Origin: Guillardia theta CCMP2712
Lineage: Eukaryota; Protista; Cryptophyta
Reading direction: 5' to 3'
Length of the DNA stretch: 40,451 bases
NCBI RefSeq assembly: GCF_000315625.1
Contig: NW_005434659.1
Location: forward strand, 982,710-1,023,160
The translations under genes were made by a program, and so were the position numbers. How positions within the stretch are numbered: position 1 is the stretch's first letter; each line of letters starts with the position of its first letter. The notes beneath the pieces were generated by a model, which was not told the DNA's origin, made no database searches, and saw only the letters and a list, made by a program, of their open reading frames with translations. Below, piece after piece: positions 1-17,389 of this stretch.

Positions 1-230
1 AGGGAGGGAGGAGGAGGGAGGAGGAGGAGGAGGGAGGGGAAGGAGGGGAGGAGGAGGGGAGGGGAGGAGGAGAGGAGGGGAGGGGAGAGGAGGGGAGGGG
101 AGGGGAAGAGGAGGGGAGGGAGCGAGGAGGAAAAGATGAGGACGGGAGGAGGGGAAGGGGGAAAAAGCGGAAGATGCTCAAGTGAGGTGACTGGAGGAAG
201 GAAGGGAGGGAGGAGGGAGAGGAGGAAGAG
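1..230. repeat. Purine-rich (G/A) low-complexity tract
   Basis: Nearly pure GGA/GGGA runs, probably intronic. Confidence 0.8.
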
Positions 231-231
231 A

Positions 232-1434
232 CCTGATCACGTTGGACAGAATATCGCTGTCCTTTTTGTGGTCAAGATATCTCCACCAGTTATACAACAT
301 CCCCACCTGCTTGCATCTTCATCCTCCTGGTCCTTCCTCTCCCTCCGCCTTCCGTTTTGTTCCACATCCACCCGTTCCCCCCACCCAAACTCTCTGCTCT
401 GCTCTCTCTTACTCTCCTCTCCCCTCCCCTCCCCACTTACCGCGTTCCCCTCGTATTCATCGATGGTTCCAAGGTTCTGATGGACAGCTCCATCCCAGTT
501 GAAGGGAACTTCCAAACCCTGGACGAGGAAATGACTGTGATCGCTGCCCTCCAACCCTCTCCCTCCTCTCAGCTTTTCTTCCTCCCCCTTCTTTCCTCCA
601 TTCTTCACTTGCCTCCCTGTACAGTTTCTTCCTTCCTCTTCCCCTCCCTCCAGTCTCTTTCCCCCCTCTCCTCCTTGTGTTTCTTCTCTCACCCATGCTG
701 TGTAGTTGTTGTATGCATCCCCCAGCTTCTGATACGAATGTCGCGCCAGCGCCAACGTCGTTCCCATGGAGTAGTCGCAGTCGCATCCTTCAGGACATGC
801 TCCTCCGCACGTCTCGCCTGGTTGACGTCGGCAAGAGCAACAGAGGAGAGGTAGACGGAAAGGGCAGAGATCAGAAGAGGGAGAGGCGAAGGGGATGGAT
901 GAGGAGGGAGAGAAGAGGTTGATCAGAGGATTTGAAGGAGGTCGGGGAGAGCGGGGGAGGAAGTGCCGGGCAAGTACCGGGAAGAGTTCGATAGTATTCC
1001 ATGAGCTGGTGGCCGAAGCGATGGTAGGTGATATAGAACTCCCTCACCACCTGATCCTCCCACGTGTCTTCACCGTACTGCCCTTATTGTCAGGGCTCTC
1101 AATGCATCGCTTGTCCTGTTTTATTCACCTTGAGCAAGTCAGGAAGTGACCCGTTTTTCTCCCACTCCTCCATGGGTGCGAACGCCTGCAAGGGCACCAG
1201 GGTGTCAGGCACGACGAAGCAAGCGAGAGAGTCAGACGCTGCCTTTACCTTGGCATGGCATCTTGCATACTGGTGGATGTTGATCTTCTCAACTTGAGTT
1301 GGAATCTGATCCCCGCAAGTCAAACGGTCAAGACTCTAACCCTCTCGCTCTCGCTCTCGCTCTCGCTCTCGCTCTCGCTCTCGCTCTCGCTCTCCACGTC
1401 AGCCATTCTTTCTCCCTCTCTGTCTCTGTCTCTG

Positions 1435-1470
<36 letters not shown>

Positions 1471-4126
1471 TGCCAGCATTCTCACCATCCTGTCTGTCAA
1501 TCCCCACGTGAAATGAAAGAATTGGTCTTCATTCAAGCTGGGATCCTGACAAGTCCGTCACGTTTCGAAGTCTCCAGCGCGTTCTCGAGACCTCGAGAAG
1601 CTTCTCGAGGTTCTCAGCTGGTCTATTCCCTCCGTACGAATGGATCGGACTATCACAAAGTTCAACTCGTTGCAGCTGGACTTTAGCTGAACTTGCATCT
1701 GGGCCTTACCGGTCCCAGATGTTTGCGTCGTAAAACTTCTGCAGAGAGTATCCGTACTTGTCCGGCCAGTGGCTTCTGCCGGGGAAGACAACGCCCGGCC
1801 ACTTGATTGAGCTGAGACGCAGCGGTCAAACAGGTAGAGAGAGGGAGAGAGCTTGTTACCTGTTGAGGCCGTACCACCTGTAGGACATGAGCTGGAGAGA
1901 CATGAAACGGACGTCTGGCCGAACGTTCTCACAGACTGTGAGGTAGAGTCCCGGGTTGAACTAGAGAAAGTGAGGAGACGACTAGGTAGGGAGCGACAGA
2001 CCTGGAGGTCTCCCGAGCAGAGCAGGATGGCGTTGGGGGGTAGCGTCTCTATCGCGGTCCTCGTCACAAACTCGACGGCATAGTTCCCTGACTATGACGC
2101 GCGTCAGAGTGAGACAGGCAGCCAACAGATTCATCACCTGATCCTGCTTGTCAAAGTTCTTCACGAACTGAAGCCACACACAGAGACAAACGATCGCCCA
2201 TCTGACGGAAAGTGCGAAAGCCTTGTCTGCGAATCTCCGGGAGAGAAACTCAAATCCGATGCCCACGAAGAGGAAGAGAGTGGAGTTGGGCATCTGCCAG
2301 AACCGAGCATGGACGGCGAGGAAGAGAGGGACCTAGCAGGCTCTCAGCTGCGGGGGGCCTCGAGGATAAGAACCTTGATCGGGAGGTTTGCCAGCGAGTG
2401 AAAGACGATGATGTAGAACAGATAGCAGATGACCAGCACTCGCCCAGCTGAGAGGAAGTCATGGTACAGAAGGGCTTGGCATGCGAGCTGACCTGCGAGG
2501 TTTCTCTGGAGCGGTCGCCCGTACAGGCAGAGGATGAGTCCTGGAAATAGAGCAAGGGAGTGACTCTGGAGCTCGTTCAAGACTTCGGGCAACAACCAAC
2601 AACAGCGAAAGGGATCCCGATGTACATCAATTGCCCCTCGTAAGTCTTGGTGTGACCTGCCGACCGCTCATGCTAAAATCTCGCAAACCATTCTACCTCT
2701 TCGCCTCTCGTCCAGCCGAGGACCAGCTATGTCCTCGAGGTAAAATCTGATCCCCTCCAGCAGAGAAACCTTGAAAGGTCTCACACGCTCGCATGGCTGG
2801 GTGCCGGACTTACTGGCTTCCCGTGGACTTCTGTTCCTCCCGCTGCGAGCACGAAAGTGCCTGCGAGGAAGATGAGACGATGGAAGAAGGAAAGGGAGAC
2901 AAGCTGGAAAGAAGGGCAGGAAAGGGATGTGATATGCTGCAAGGAGAGCAGAGGAGAGGCTCTGTGGAGAGCAACGTAGAAGACTTCTCTTATCTCTCAC
3001 CGTAATCCTTCCTCAAAAAATGATTCAAAAACCCCTGAAAAGACCTCCGATCTCCCCAGGAATACTAGCAATCAAGGTTAGATGATCAAACCAGAGCAAC
3101 CCTTCCTTACCTGGGGTACATGCTCGAATTGAGGACAAAACTTGACTGCACTCATAATTCCATCACAAGACGACTTGTCAAGATCAAGAAACTTGAAACG
3201 ACAAGACACAAACCTCCCAAGCTGTGTCCCTCTTTCTCAGCCCAAGGGATAGGGCAGCCTTCCAACCACCACATGTGACTGTAGGGGGTCAGGCCGAGGA
3301 GGAGCAGCGCTGTACACTTGAGGATGCTGGAGGGGAGCAGAAGTTGTCGCCAGCCAGAAAACAAGACGGAAGGGACTATTATCGCACAGTACAACACTAG
3401 GGTGTGCTGGTTTGTCAAGCCAAGGCCGACAACGAAAGCGCCGGTGAAGGCAACGCGAGTGGCTGACGGTCGATCCCTCGCGAGGTATCGAACCAACAGG
3501 TTGGTGAGCAGACACACGAAGAAGTTGTTGAGGGCAAACACTTCTGCCTGTAGCGCGTTGTTCCAGATGAGAGGCGATAGTCCGTACATGGCAGACGCCA
3601 ACGTAGCAGAGGAGTCGCTCCCTGTCATGACTCGCGCTGCTCTATGGAGATGGTAAACCCCTGCTGCTGTCAGCATGGCGCACATGAGGTTCACTCGGTA
3701 CGCCTTGTTCTCTCCTAGTGAGGCGAACAAGCTCATGGCTCCTCGAGCTAGCAACACAAACAGCGGATACCCCGGAGGGTGCGCAGGACCTCCACTGCAT
3801 GCCGCCGCCATGACCTCCCCTGAGTCTCCTCCCGAGATGGAAGGAGAGAGAGTTCGGTAGTACACGGAGAGGATGAGGAAAGATGTGATGGCTGCCTGCA
3901 TCCTTCCTCCTTCCATATCGACAGCGGGATGCCTGTACATCCCGAATCCGTCCCTGTCCTCTGACGGCGTGATCGCTTCCCCTGCATCCTCCCACTCTCC
4001 ATGCTGGTGACTTGGAGTGAGAGGAGTGACAGGGCTCGTCAGAGAGTTGCGATCACTGGATCCCTCCTGCTCCTGCTCCTGCTCCTCCTGCTCCTCCTCC
4101 CCGTCGTCACCCTTCCATGCCGGCAT
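232..4126 (-). CDS. TMEM260: Multi-exon DUF2723/TMEM260-family membrane glycosyltransferase (protein O-mannosyltransferase-like); 3' end may extend beyond the window
   Basis: ORF 3152..4273 contains GGDSGEVMAAACSGGPAHPPGYPLF, EVFALNN and GLGLTNQHT, which are DUF2723 motifs. Downstream minus-strand exons read YSWGDRRSFQGFLNHFLRKDYG, YIIVFHSLANLP, RFWQMPN, LPPNAILLCSGDLQ and VCENVRPDV. The 4273 start is GTG; the first ATG is at 4126 and the true start is uncertain. Confidence 0.85.
1342..1471. repeat. Compound microsatellite (CTCTCG)n / (CTCTGT)n / (CT)n in a TMEM260 intron
   Basis: Directly visible hexamer and dinucleotide runs. Confidence 0.9.
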
Positions 4127-4392
4127 AAACAGGTTGCGGGATGTATGAGGGTTATCGGGGTCGAGGTCGCAATGCTGCGAATATTTGCTCGAGGGATGCA
4201 GCGGCGAGGGTTGTCGTACGGGAGCACGAGCTGGTGAGGACAAACCTGTTCCTCTCCCTGCTGCCGAAACCACTCTCCTGCTCTCCTGCTCTCCTGCTCT
4301 CCTGCTCTCCTGCTCTCCTGCTCTCCTGCTCTACTCCTGCTGAACCTCCTCTCATCATCTTGCCTATGGTTATGTTTCTTCTGTCGTACTGA

Positions 4393-7102
4393 ATGTTTGC
4401 GGGCAAGGCTGAGCAACAGGCTGTCGAAGAAGGTGACCTTGAGTTGAGGTCTGGCAGTTTTCACGAGCGTTTCCTCTTCAGCTGTCACAGTTTGGCGCTT
4501 TCGATCAGGTCAAGAAGGCAGCGGTCGACAAGGAGGCATGACAGGATAAGTTAGAGCTGCTGCCCTGACGTTTGGGGCAGGACGACAAGGCCATGGTCCT
4601 GCTGGGGATGTGCTACGCGATGGGACGAGACGTGGAAAAGTGCGACGTGACAGCAGCTGAATGGTTTAAGAAGGTGATTCGCGTGCCTCCTCCCCTTCTC
4701 AGCTTGACCGGAGGGCTCAGTCTGCTGCGAAAGGAAATGCTGAGTCGAAGGTGCCTGCTCCTGCTCTATCTCCTTCTCCTGCTCTATCTCCTGCTCCTGC
4801 TCTATCTCCTGCTCCTGCTCTATCTCCTTCTCCTGCTCTATCTCCTGCTCCTGCTCTATCTCCTGCTCCTGCTCTATCTCGTGCTCCTGCACTATCTCCT
4901 GCTCCTGCTCTATCTCCTTCTCCTGCTCTATCTCCTGCTCCTGCTCTATCTCCTTCTCCTGCTCTATCTCCTGCTGCTGCACTATCTCCTGCTCCTGCAC
5001 TATCTCCTGCTCCTGCTCTATCTCCTGCTCCTGCACTATCTCCTGCTCCTGCTCTATCTCCTGCTCCTGCTCTATCTCCTTCTCCTGCTCTATCTCCTGC
5101 TCCTGCACTATCTCCTTCTCCTGCTCTATCTCCTGCTGCTGCACTATCTCCTGCTCCTGCACTATCTCCTTCTCCTGCTCTATCTCCTGCTCCTGCTCTA
5201 TCTCCTGCTCCTGCTCTATCTCCTTCTCATTCTCCTGCTCTTGTACCCTCGGTCTTTGTTGCTGAGACACGACAGCTTGCTATGGGATTGTGGGCATTGG
5301 AGGGGCGAGGAAACATGAAGGCGGATCCCATAGCGGCAAAGCCATACCTTGAGGAAGCGTCGGCAGCGGTCGGTTTGATGCTGACCCCCCGCTCAGCATC
5401 AGCTCATGTGCTCCTGGCAGGGCCTGGGCGATGCGAGCGCCATCCTTGGTATCTTGTGGTTGGAAGGGAAGCTGGGAAAGAAGGACGAGGCAGCAGCTGC
5501 CGAGCTCTTCCGTAAGGCATCGGACAAGGGAAACTGGCTGTGAGTGCGAAAGATGAATGGTGATGATGACAAGGGAGCGGAGGAGGAAGACGATTCTGCT
5601 TCCGTTGAGGACGAGGTCAACTAGGATGGTGATGATGGTGCTGATGATGCTGATGGTGATAGTAGGATGATGGTTGTGGTGGTGGTGATGATGGTGATGG
5701 AGGTGATGATGATGATGATGGAGGTGATGGTGATGGTGATGGTGATGGTGATGGTGATGGTGATGATGATGATGATGGTGATGATGGAGGTGATGATGAT
5801 GATGAAGAAGATGAAGATGGTGAAGAAGAAGAAGAAGAAGAAGAAGAAGAAAAGAAGAAGAAGAAGAAGAAGAAGAAGATGATGGTGATGGTGAGGATGA
5901 TGATGATGATGATTTCTTGCAGAGCAACGTACAATCTGGGTGTTCTGATAGCGGAGGGAAGGGGGATATCGGCGAGCCCGTCCAAGGGATACGAGCTGTG
6001 AGAGAGAAGAGCTTCGTTCTAGTCTCACCTTCCTTCCCTCTAGTATCAGAAAGTCAGCAGTCGCTGGCCTTGCAGATGCTCAGTACGCTCTTGCTGCTGC
6101 GTATAACTTTGGGGGGATGAAGGTGAGGATGTGCGGAGGAAGGGCGCGATGCTTGTGTTTTTAAAGGAAAGAGGGAGGAAGAGGAGGAAGAGGATGACGA
6201 GGAGGAGAAACTTGCGAGTACTCATAGCTGGGCCCTCTCAGCTTAAGAGAGACGCAAAGAAGTCTCACGAATGGATGCTCAAAGCCGCGAAACAGGTATC
6301 CCTTGCTTGTTCTTGCGTTCTTGCAACATCTGACATCGGCAATCAGGGAAAGGCTTCTGCACAGGTGAAGTTTCACGTTTTGAAAGCAAGCATGTGACGA
6401 GTTTTAGTACAACGTGGGCGTTCAATTTGCCAACGGTGAAGGAGTAGAAAAGAACTTGAAGGAAGCAGTGTTGTGGTAGACTTGCTGCTATGCTTTCCTG
6501 CCTTTGATCGTGTCTTGGCCTTGCAGGTATACAAGAGCCGCAGAACAAGGATTGGTGGAGAGCATGTGTAATTTGGGAACTCTTCTTCTCAGTGCTGGTG
6601 TGAGATGTCGAGAAAAGGATGATGATGAGATGATAGAGGTTTGTAGATGAGGTGAAGAATGAGTCTGAAGGCTTCAGATGGTTGTTTCTCTTGCTCTACC
6701 TCCTCCCTGTTCACTGTTTGTGACTGCAGGTCACTACAAGCGGCTCAGAAGGATTTTGACATGGCGAAATTCAATGTTGGATACTGCTATCACACAGGCG
6801 AGCTGTTGCCTTTGGCTTCCTCTCCTTATTCTCGTCCAGGACTCGGGACAGACAAGAACGCAGAGGAAGCGATGAGGTGGTACAAGGAGGCAGCAGGGAA
6901 GGGGCAGAAGCTGGTTGACTTGCTCCTCCCGTGCTTCCTACTGATGTAAAAGTCGAGCAGGCCATGCTTCAGCTCGCCGCCATGTACCGCAAGGTCTTGG
7001 TTCGAAGCTCCAAACGTTTCTCACAAAGTTTGATATCAGGGCGAAGGAGTACCGGCTGATGAAGAAATGGCGAAAGAATGGGAGAGCAAAGCACAAAAGT
7101 AG
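4393..7102 (+). CDS. Multi-exon Sel1-like repeat protein
   Basis: Spliced exons give repeated SLR motifs: AMVLLGMCYAMGRDVEKCDVTAAEWFKK, YNVGVQFANGEGVEKNLKEAVLWY, FNVGYCYHTGLGTDKNAEEAMRWYKEAA, ending GEGVPADEEMAKEWESKAQK* (TAG 7100-7102). Start ATG 4393 is tentative. Confidence 0.85.
4754..5240. repeat. 18-bp minisatellite (CCTGCTCCTGCTCTATCT)n, about 27 units, intronic
   Basis: Tandem units visible inside the Sel1 gene intron (GT ~4674, AG ~5275). Confidence 0.9.
5625..5912. repeat. Compound (GAT)n/(GGTGAT)n/(GAA)n microsatellite, intronic
   Basis: Directly visible. Confidence 0.9.
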
Positions 7103-7190
7103 CCAGAGGAAGAACAGGAAGCAGAATAAGGAAGTTTTGTTTTTCATCTACATGTTTGGCTATTTGCATATTGTACAAGCAGCAGAGGCG

Positions 7191-12110
<4,920 letters not shown>

Positions 12111-12607
12111 AGAAGAGATGGAGTATGAGATTGCGTTGTGAGGAGCATCAGGATCATCTTTGCATTATGACGATCGACTTTCATTTTCCTCCCTCCCTCC
12201 CTCCCTCCCTCCCTCCCTCCCTCCCTCTCTTCCATCGCTCTTGATCGACTTTCATTCTCCTCCCTCCCTCCCTTCGCTCTTGCTCATGGACTTCCGTCAT
12301 ACCATGCTGGCCAACTTGCCATGCTGCTCCCCGACTGCTCTAGTTTAATCAAGATTTCAGTAAAACATTAAAATAAAGTTCTTAAATAAGACCAAACGAT
12401 GCATTTAAGTACCAGAGAGTGCTCGAATAACTCCAAACGTTCTGATTTTGGATTCTGGTCGAGATTGGCATGTGCGACGATATGGCCAAGTGATCAGAAC
12501 AGAAACAGAGCAGACAGAAGAGAGAGAGAGAGAGAGAGAGACGAAGAGAGAGCGAGAGATTGCTTTTGAGACAAGAGAACAAACAGAGATGATGTATTCC
12601 ATATGAG

Positions 12608-14853
12608 ATGGTGATGATGTACCAACGCCGTCAAGCATGCCTGGCTCTGTTGGCCATTTTGCTTGCTTTCCTGGGGTCTTCTGCAGCGAGAGAAGGTATT
12701 TTCATGGCTCTGAACTTGCGCTCTGATAATCTGTTTGTAAAATCCAGGGAAGGATTTGGTGGACATGGAGTTTTGCGGGAACGATGGTGATATATCTTTT
12801 CTAGTCTATCCTGCATGCTTTTCCTGAACACTCGTAGACTGTTATGAGGTCTTGAATGTAACTGCGGATTCTACCCGGTAAGTTTCGTGTGAAATTCTTT
12901 GTGAAATTCTTCTCTTTTGATGTGCTTCAATCAAGCGGTGAGATTCGCCGAGCATATCACAAGCTCTCGCTTCAATACCACCCCGATAAGGTTGGGGACA
13001 AATCGGATGAAGAGAAAGCTGGTTTGTTCTCGGCCCTGCTCTTTCAGACGTGACCTTCACTCTTAGCTTCAAATGCAAAATTCTTGAAGGTTTCATCCGC
13101 CTATGAAGTGCTAGCCAATGAGAAGTCTCGGCAAAGCTACGATGTTCAGCTTGTTTGGTGTGCTGCAATCCCCTGAAGTTGATTCTCAGATCTGGGTCAA
13201 AGGAGGGAGGAAGCGGCGGCCGAAACCAGGTGAGCTGACATGCAGAGTGAGTCAGGTGTGATCGGAGAAGCAGGGGAGGAGTATGATGGGCCCATGCCGT
13301 CGTACTATCGAGACGAAGGATTTAGAGACGTGAAGGTGAGCAGAAAGAGAAAGAAAGGAGCTAAACCCTCCTCGGTTGCAGGACACCCCCGATGCTTTCA
13401 TCGGAGTTTTTGTTACCCTACTGATTAGTATTGGCATCCCCTTGTACATGTCGATGAAAGTGAGAATCCGAATGTTCACGATCTTCAGTCTGAAAGTTTT
13501 GCAGGGAAGAATCAAGAAATGGAAAAAATTGCCGCCGTTTGTTTACATTAGCGAATTGTTCAGGACCAAGGAAAAACCATCAACTCTAGATAAGGCAGAC
13601 ACGCCTACGGTACGATCATATGCATCCATTGTCGGGATATCCTTATTTTGTTTCTTTTCTGTGCACATAGTTTTCTTCTTGCAACTTCTATTCCCACTTG
13701 CTCATGTCATTCAGTAGGTTTCAAGGAAAGAGAGGAGAGGAGAGGCTGCTCCGCGACCATCCAAGGTTTCATAGCAATGCTTGTCACTTGTGTTGATTCT
13801 CTTGGAAGCAACTTGGTGTTGCAAACATTTCTGCAGTGTCATCGGTAAGCTCTTCAAGGCTTCATCTCTCAAATTCATTGTCCATTCCTCGCAGTCTTTG
13901 AGCGAGAATAACAAAAGTCAGATTGAGCCTTCCCCGGAAACATCCGCCATCACAAAGGTAGGACAAGTTTCCCTCGATCGTCCTGACTGCCTCCAGGTCT
14001 CTGGCCCCTGGAGCCCCGAAGAAGACGCTGAGCTCACCCGCGCTGTCGCCAAGTTTCCCGGGGGGTCGATGGACCGGTGAGGTGGACTTGCTGCTCCGCC
14101 GTTACGAATTACTGCAGATGGTCAAACATCGCCAAGTTCATTGGCACGAGGACGGAAGAAGATTGCATAGCAAGATATGCCGAGCTGAAGCAGGCGAGCT
14201 CGACTGCCTGACCCTGCGATCTCATGGGATTCTTGTCAGGCAAACGCAAAAGTGATGTCAAACAAGCCGTCAGCTGCTTCAATGACCCCTGACAGCAACT
14301 CAAAGCCTCGGCCTGACAATTCTTCTCAATCTGCCAAGATATCAATCAACGACTATGCCAAGGCTGCACTGTTTTTCTCTTTGATTTCGCCTAGATTGAC
14401 TTTCACTGCAGAAAGTCAAGGAAGCGCAGACATCAAGCATGGAAGCGACTGTATGACTCATGTGTTGTGATGGTGAAGCTCAACGGATGAACGCAGAATG
14501 TAATAGAAGGCAGAGCATGGACAGCTGCTGAGCAGGTGCTTCGTCACATGCATTCAAGCTGCCCCTTGACTGTCGCTCAGGCTCTGCTGGAGAATGCGAT
14601 GCGACTAGTCGACAAGTCAGTCAGCGACAGGTGAAGGGGTTGTACTGCAATCACAACTTGGTTAATCGAACCGGCAGATGGGACAAGATAGCCGAGATGA
14701 TTCCCTCCAGGTTTCTTCGTCTTCTTCCTCTCCGCACTGACATCTCCTCCTTGCTCTTTGCATCCTTCAAGGAGCAAGAAAGAAGTCATCGCCCGAGTCA
14801 AGGATGTAAAGAAGAAACTTTCGGCCTCTACATCCGACGGAGGTTCGCGATGA
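12608..14853 (+). CDS. DnaJ protein with signal peptide, J domain, TM helix and two SANT/Myb domains (DNAJC1/ERdj1-like)
   Basis: Signal peptide ACLALLAILLAFLGSSAA; J domain CYEVLNV...EIRRAYHKLSLQYHPDK; TM FIGVFVTLLISIGIPLYM; SANT repeats WSPEEDAELTRAVAKFPGGSMDRW and WTAAEQALLENAMR...DRWDKIAEMIPSRSKKEVIARVK; TGA 14851-14853. Confidence 0.85.
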
Positions 14854-15022
14854 GGATGCGAATTCCATGAACGAGGACAGACTCGATGAGAAAGGACGAT
14901 GGGATTGTTGGTACACGGGCATCACATGAACAGGGGCTCCTATTTAATGTGTCTGCCTTACTCGTGGAGAGGAGGAGGAGGAAGATGCGCATGAAGATCG
15001 TTGAGAGTAGGGATCACGTCGC

Positions 15023-16045
15023 TTACCGCCATGCTCTATCTTTGTGATACCTGTCACGTGATCGCGTTAGGTATTCCCCCACCACCATTGCCAGAGCACC
15101 TGCAGCAACGAGTTTCTGGGCATCGCAGTATTCTTTCCAGCAGGACTCGAACTCTTCCTTGTTGGCGTCGTCCACGTAGTTTCCTCCAAGTGTGACGCTG
15201 GGCTCTGCTGAGACTACAGTGGTTGTGTGCCACCAGTTGGAGGGGCAGAAGAAAACGTCGCCTGCCCGCAAGTCTGCAATGTGAATGTTCGCATGGGCGT
15301 AGAGGGGAAACTGCTTGAGGTCCACTTGGAAGTTGACAATGTCACCATGAGGGACCGCCGACCTTGTCTGTGTGTTGCCATACGCGTAAAGGAAGCAAGT
15401 GTCGGAGGGAGGGAAGAGAATGAAGCGCTTGATTCCTTGAATCTGCATGGATAGTGCGTGTGTGGCGCACATGTCTTTGTGCAGGAAGGGAAATCCCGGA
15501 GAATCTCGGTTGGAGATGAACAATTCAAACCATCTCGACCAGGCTTCGGGGTAACTCTTCCCCCTCTCGAGCAGATGATTCGTCCCAAGCACTGAAGGAA
15601 ACTTGATGGTCGCATTTTCTGCTGGAAACCATTCCTGCAAACTCGGTGTCAGTATGAATGAAATTTCCTGAGGCTTCACCTGCGTGTGCAAACTTCTGCA
15701 GTAGCCTTTGCTCATTTCCTTGTCCTCGAACTTGATGTAATCTCCGAGTTTGACTAGTCGCTCTGAGCTTGTTCCAAGGTCAAGCGGTACAAGAGCGTCG
15801 GAGTGATTCTCCCGCCAGTAGTTGAGATCCAGGTGAGCTGGGATGGTGTCCCATGCGTCTCCGAGGATGATGGGAGTATTGGTCTTGGAGAATCGCTCGT
15901 GGAACTCACTTGCGGACAAGGAGGAGTATGGTATTCGAGGAACGCGTACAGCTTCTTTGCATCTTGTTACGTCTGCATCCTCATGATCGAAGTTTTCAAA
16001 TGCTCCATCCAAGTTCGCTAGCCAGATATCAGTCTCATCTGCCAT
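15023..16045 (-). CDS. JmjC / cupin-like 2-oxoglutarate oxygenase
   Basis: HxD motif (FLHKD), QIQGIKRFILFPP, and LRAGDVFFCPSNWWHTT with the distal His. A short in-frame intron near 15637-15680 is likely. Both ends are approximate. Confidence 0.85.
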   Translation of the reverse strand: MADETDIWLANLDGAFENFDHEDADVTRCKEAVRVPRIPYSSLSASEFHERFSKTNTPIILGDAWDTIPAHLDLNYWRENHSDALVPLDLGTSSERLVKLGDYIKFEDKEMSKGYCRSLHTQVKPQEISFILTPSLQEWFPAENATIKFPSVLGTNHLLERGKSYPEAWSRWFELFISNRDSPGFPFLHKDMCATHALSMQIQGIKRFILFPPSDTCFLYAYGNTQTRSAVPHGDIVNFQVDLKQFPLYAHANIHIADLRAGDVFFCPSNWWHTTTVVSAEPSVTLGGNYVDDANKEEFESCWKEYCDAQKLVAAGALAMVVGEYLTRSRDRYHKDRAWR

Positions 16046-16418
16046 ACCTGCCAATGATGCATCAGTCCTTTCACTCTCCAACGCCCCCCCTTCTCCCTCC
16101 CTCTCGGCTCCCGCCCCCGCCCCTTCCTTCTCTTCCCCTCCTCCTCCCCTACCACACTGCACTTACAAGCTGCACTGCTGCACATGCAGCCCGATCGATA
16201 AATCCTTCTTTATTGACTGATAATAATAACAACAACAACAACAATAATAATTAAAAAAAATTGACCTGAAAGGAATTGGGGTTTGAATTTGAAATGAGCG
16301 ATCGTTGAAAGTTTTATTCGGAGCGAGCGAGAAGAGCAAGCGGGAAAGACAGTCAGGCGACAGAGGAGACAAGCCTGAGGAGAGCAAAGACAACAAGAGA
16401 CGAGGAGAGGAGGAAAAA

Positions 16419-17315
16419 TGATGGCAGGGCTGCGATCAGAATTTATCAATCGACCACCAATCGATTTTTCTCCCGAGCGGAAAGTGCGAACTGCTCTGGA
16501 CTTTACGCCCATGCGGTCTCATGTGAGTGAAGAAAATCCGACCTTCTGGAAGGGAGACTCGAGTGCAAGAGACATCTATGGTAAAACACCAAGAGACAAG
16601 GTGAAGGCCCGTCACCTGAACCCCATGCTATGCCTAGTACACCGGGCACTTATACCTGCTCCCTAGTCCAGGTGTGTCGTCAACGACGTTGCCAACACTA
16701 TTGGCCATGATCAGCCATTTACTCCTGCTGAACATATCAACTCACGAATGCATGATGTCAAGTTGGAAGCATTGTTTCTTGCTGATTTTCCCTCACCACT
16801 TCACATAGATGGATGTCACCTCTCAGGAGTGAAGATTTCAAAGCGAATCCTGCAGAATACAACCACCAAGTGCGCTGTTTTAACACATCAAATCCTTTGA
16901 TTGACAGCTTGGTCAGCTAAATGTACGAAAGAAGATCTCAGACAGAGCACTCAAAAAAGCTGTGAGACTCTGATTGTGACTTGGATGAAGCATCGACTTC
17001 GCTGATGTCTCGCATGTGTGTCAGGTCATGGACGACAAGACTCTGAATGTTCGGAGCATGAGCGACCTAGCAGGGGGTGGAGATGTTCATCCGACTCCAA
17101 GGCAGAAACGAGCTGGTCACATCAGTCTCCACACCATTGATCACCTCATGGGAGCTGCGATAATGAAAGAAGATCTACCGTCTCACGCATTCATTGGTCA
17201 GATTTGATATGGATTTTCATCATGAACAGTGACCTGCTTGCTAGATGAATCTCTCAAGAAAAAGAATGCAGGTCAAGCAGCTGCTGTTCGCTCGAACTTG
17301 TGGAATCCTGTATGA
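16419..17315 (+). CDS. Hypothetical multi-exon protein
   Basis: ATG 16419 followed by short exons separated by ~45-70 bp GT-AG introns, ending VRSNLWNPV* (TGA 17313-17315). No family recognised. Confidence 0.55.
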
Positions 17316-17389
17316 CATGGCCGAGATCTTTTCAAGAACGTTGATTCATTGACCAATCTATCAATAGGCGTCGTCCCGAAATGTTGGAG

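Noticed and set aside
4551-5515. Long ORFs of EQEQEI, LLLLYL and PALSPA repeats
   Set aside because: They are translations of an intronic 18-bp minisatellite. The Sel1 frame splices across it.
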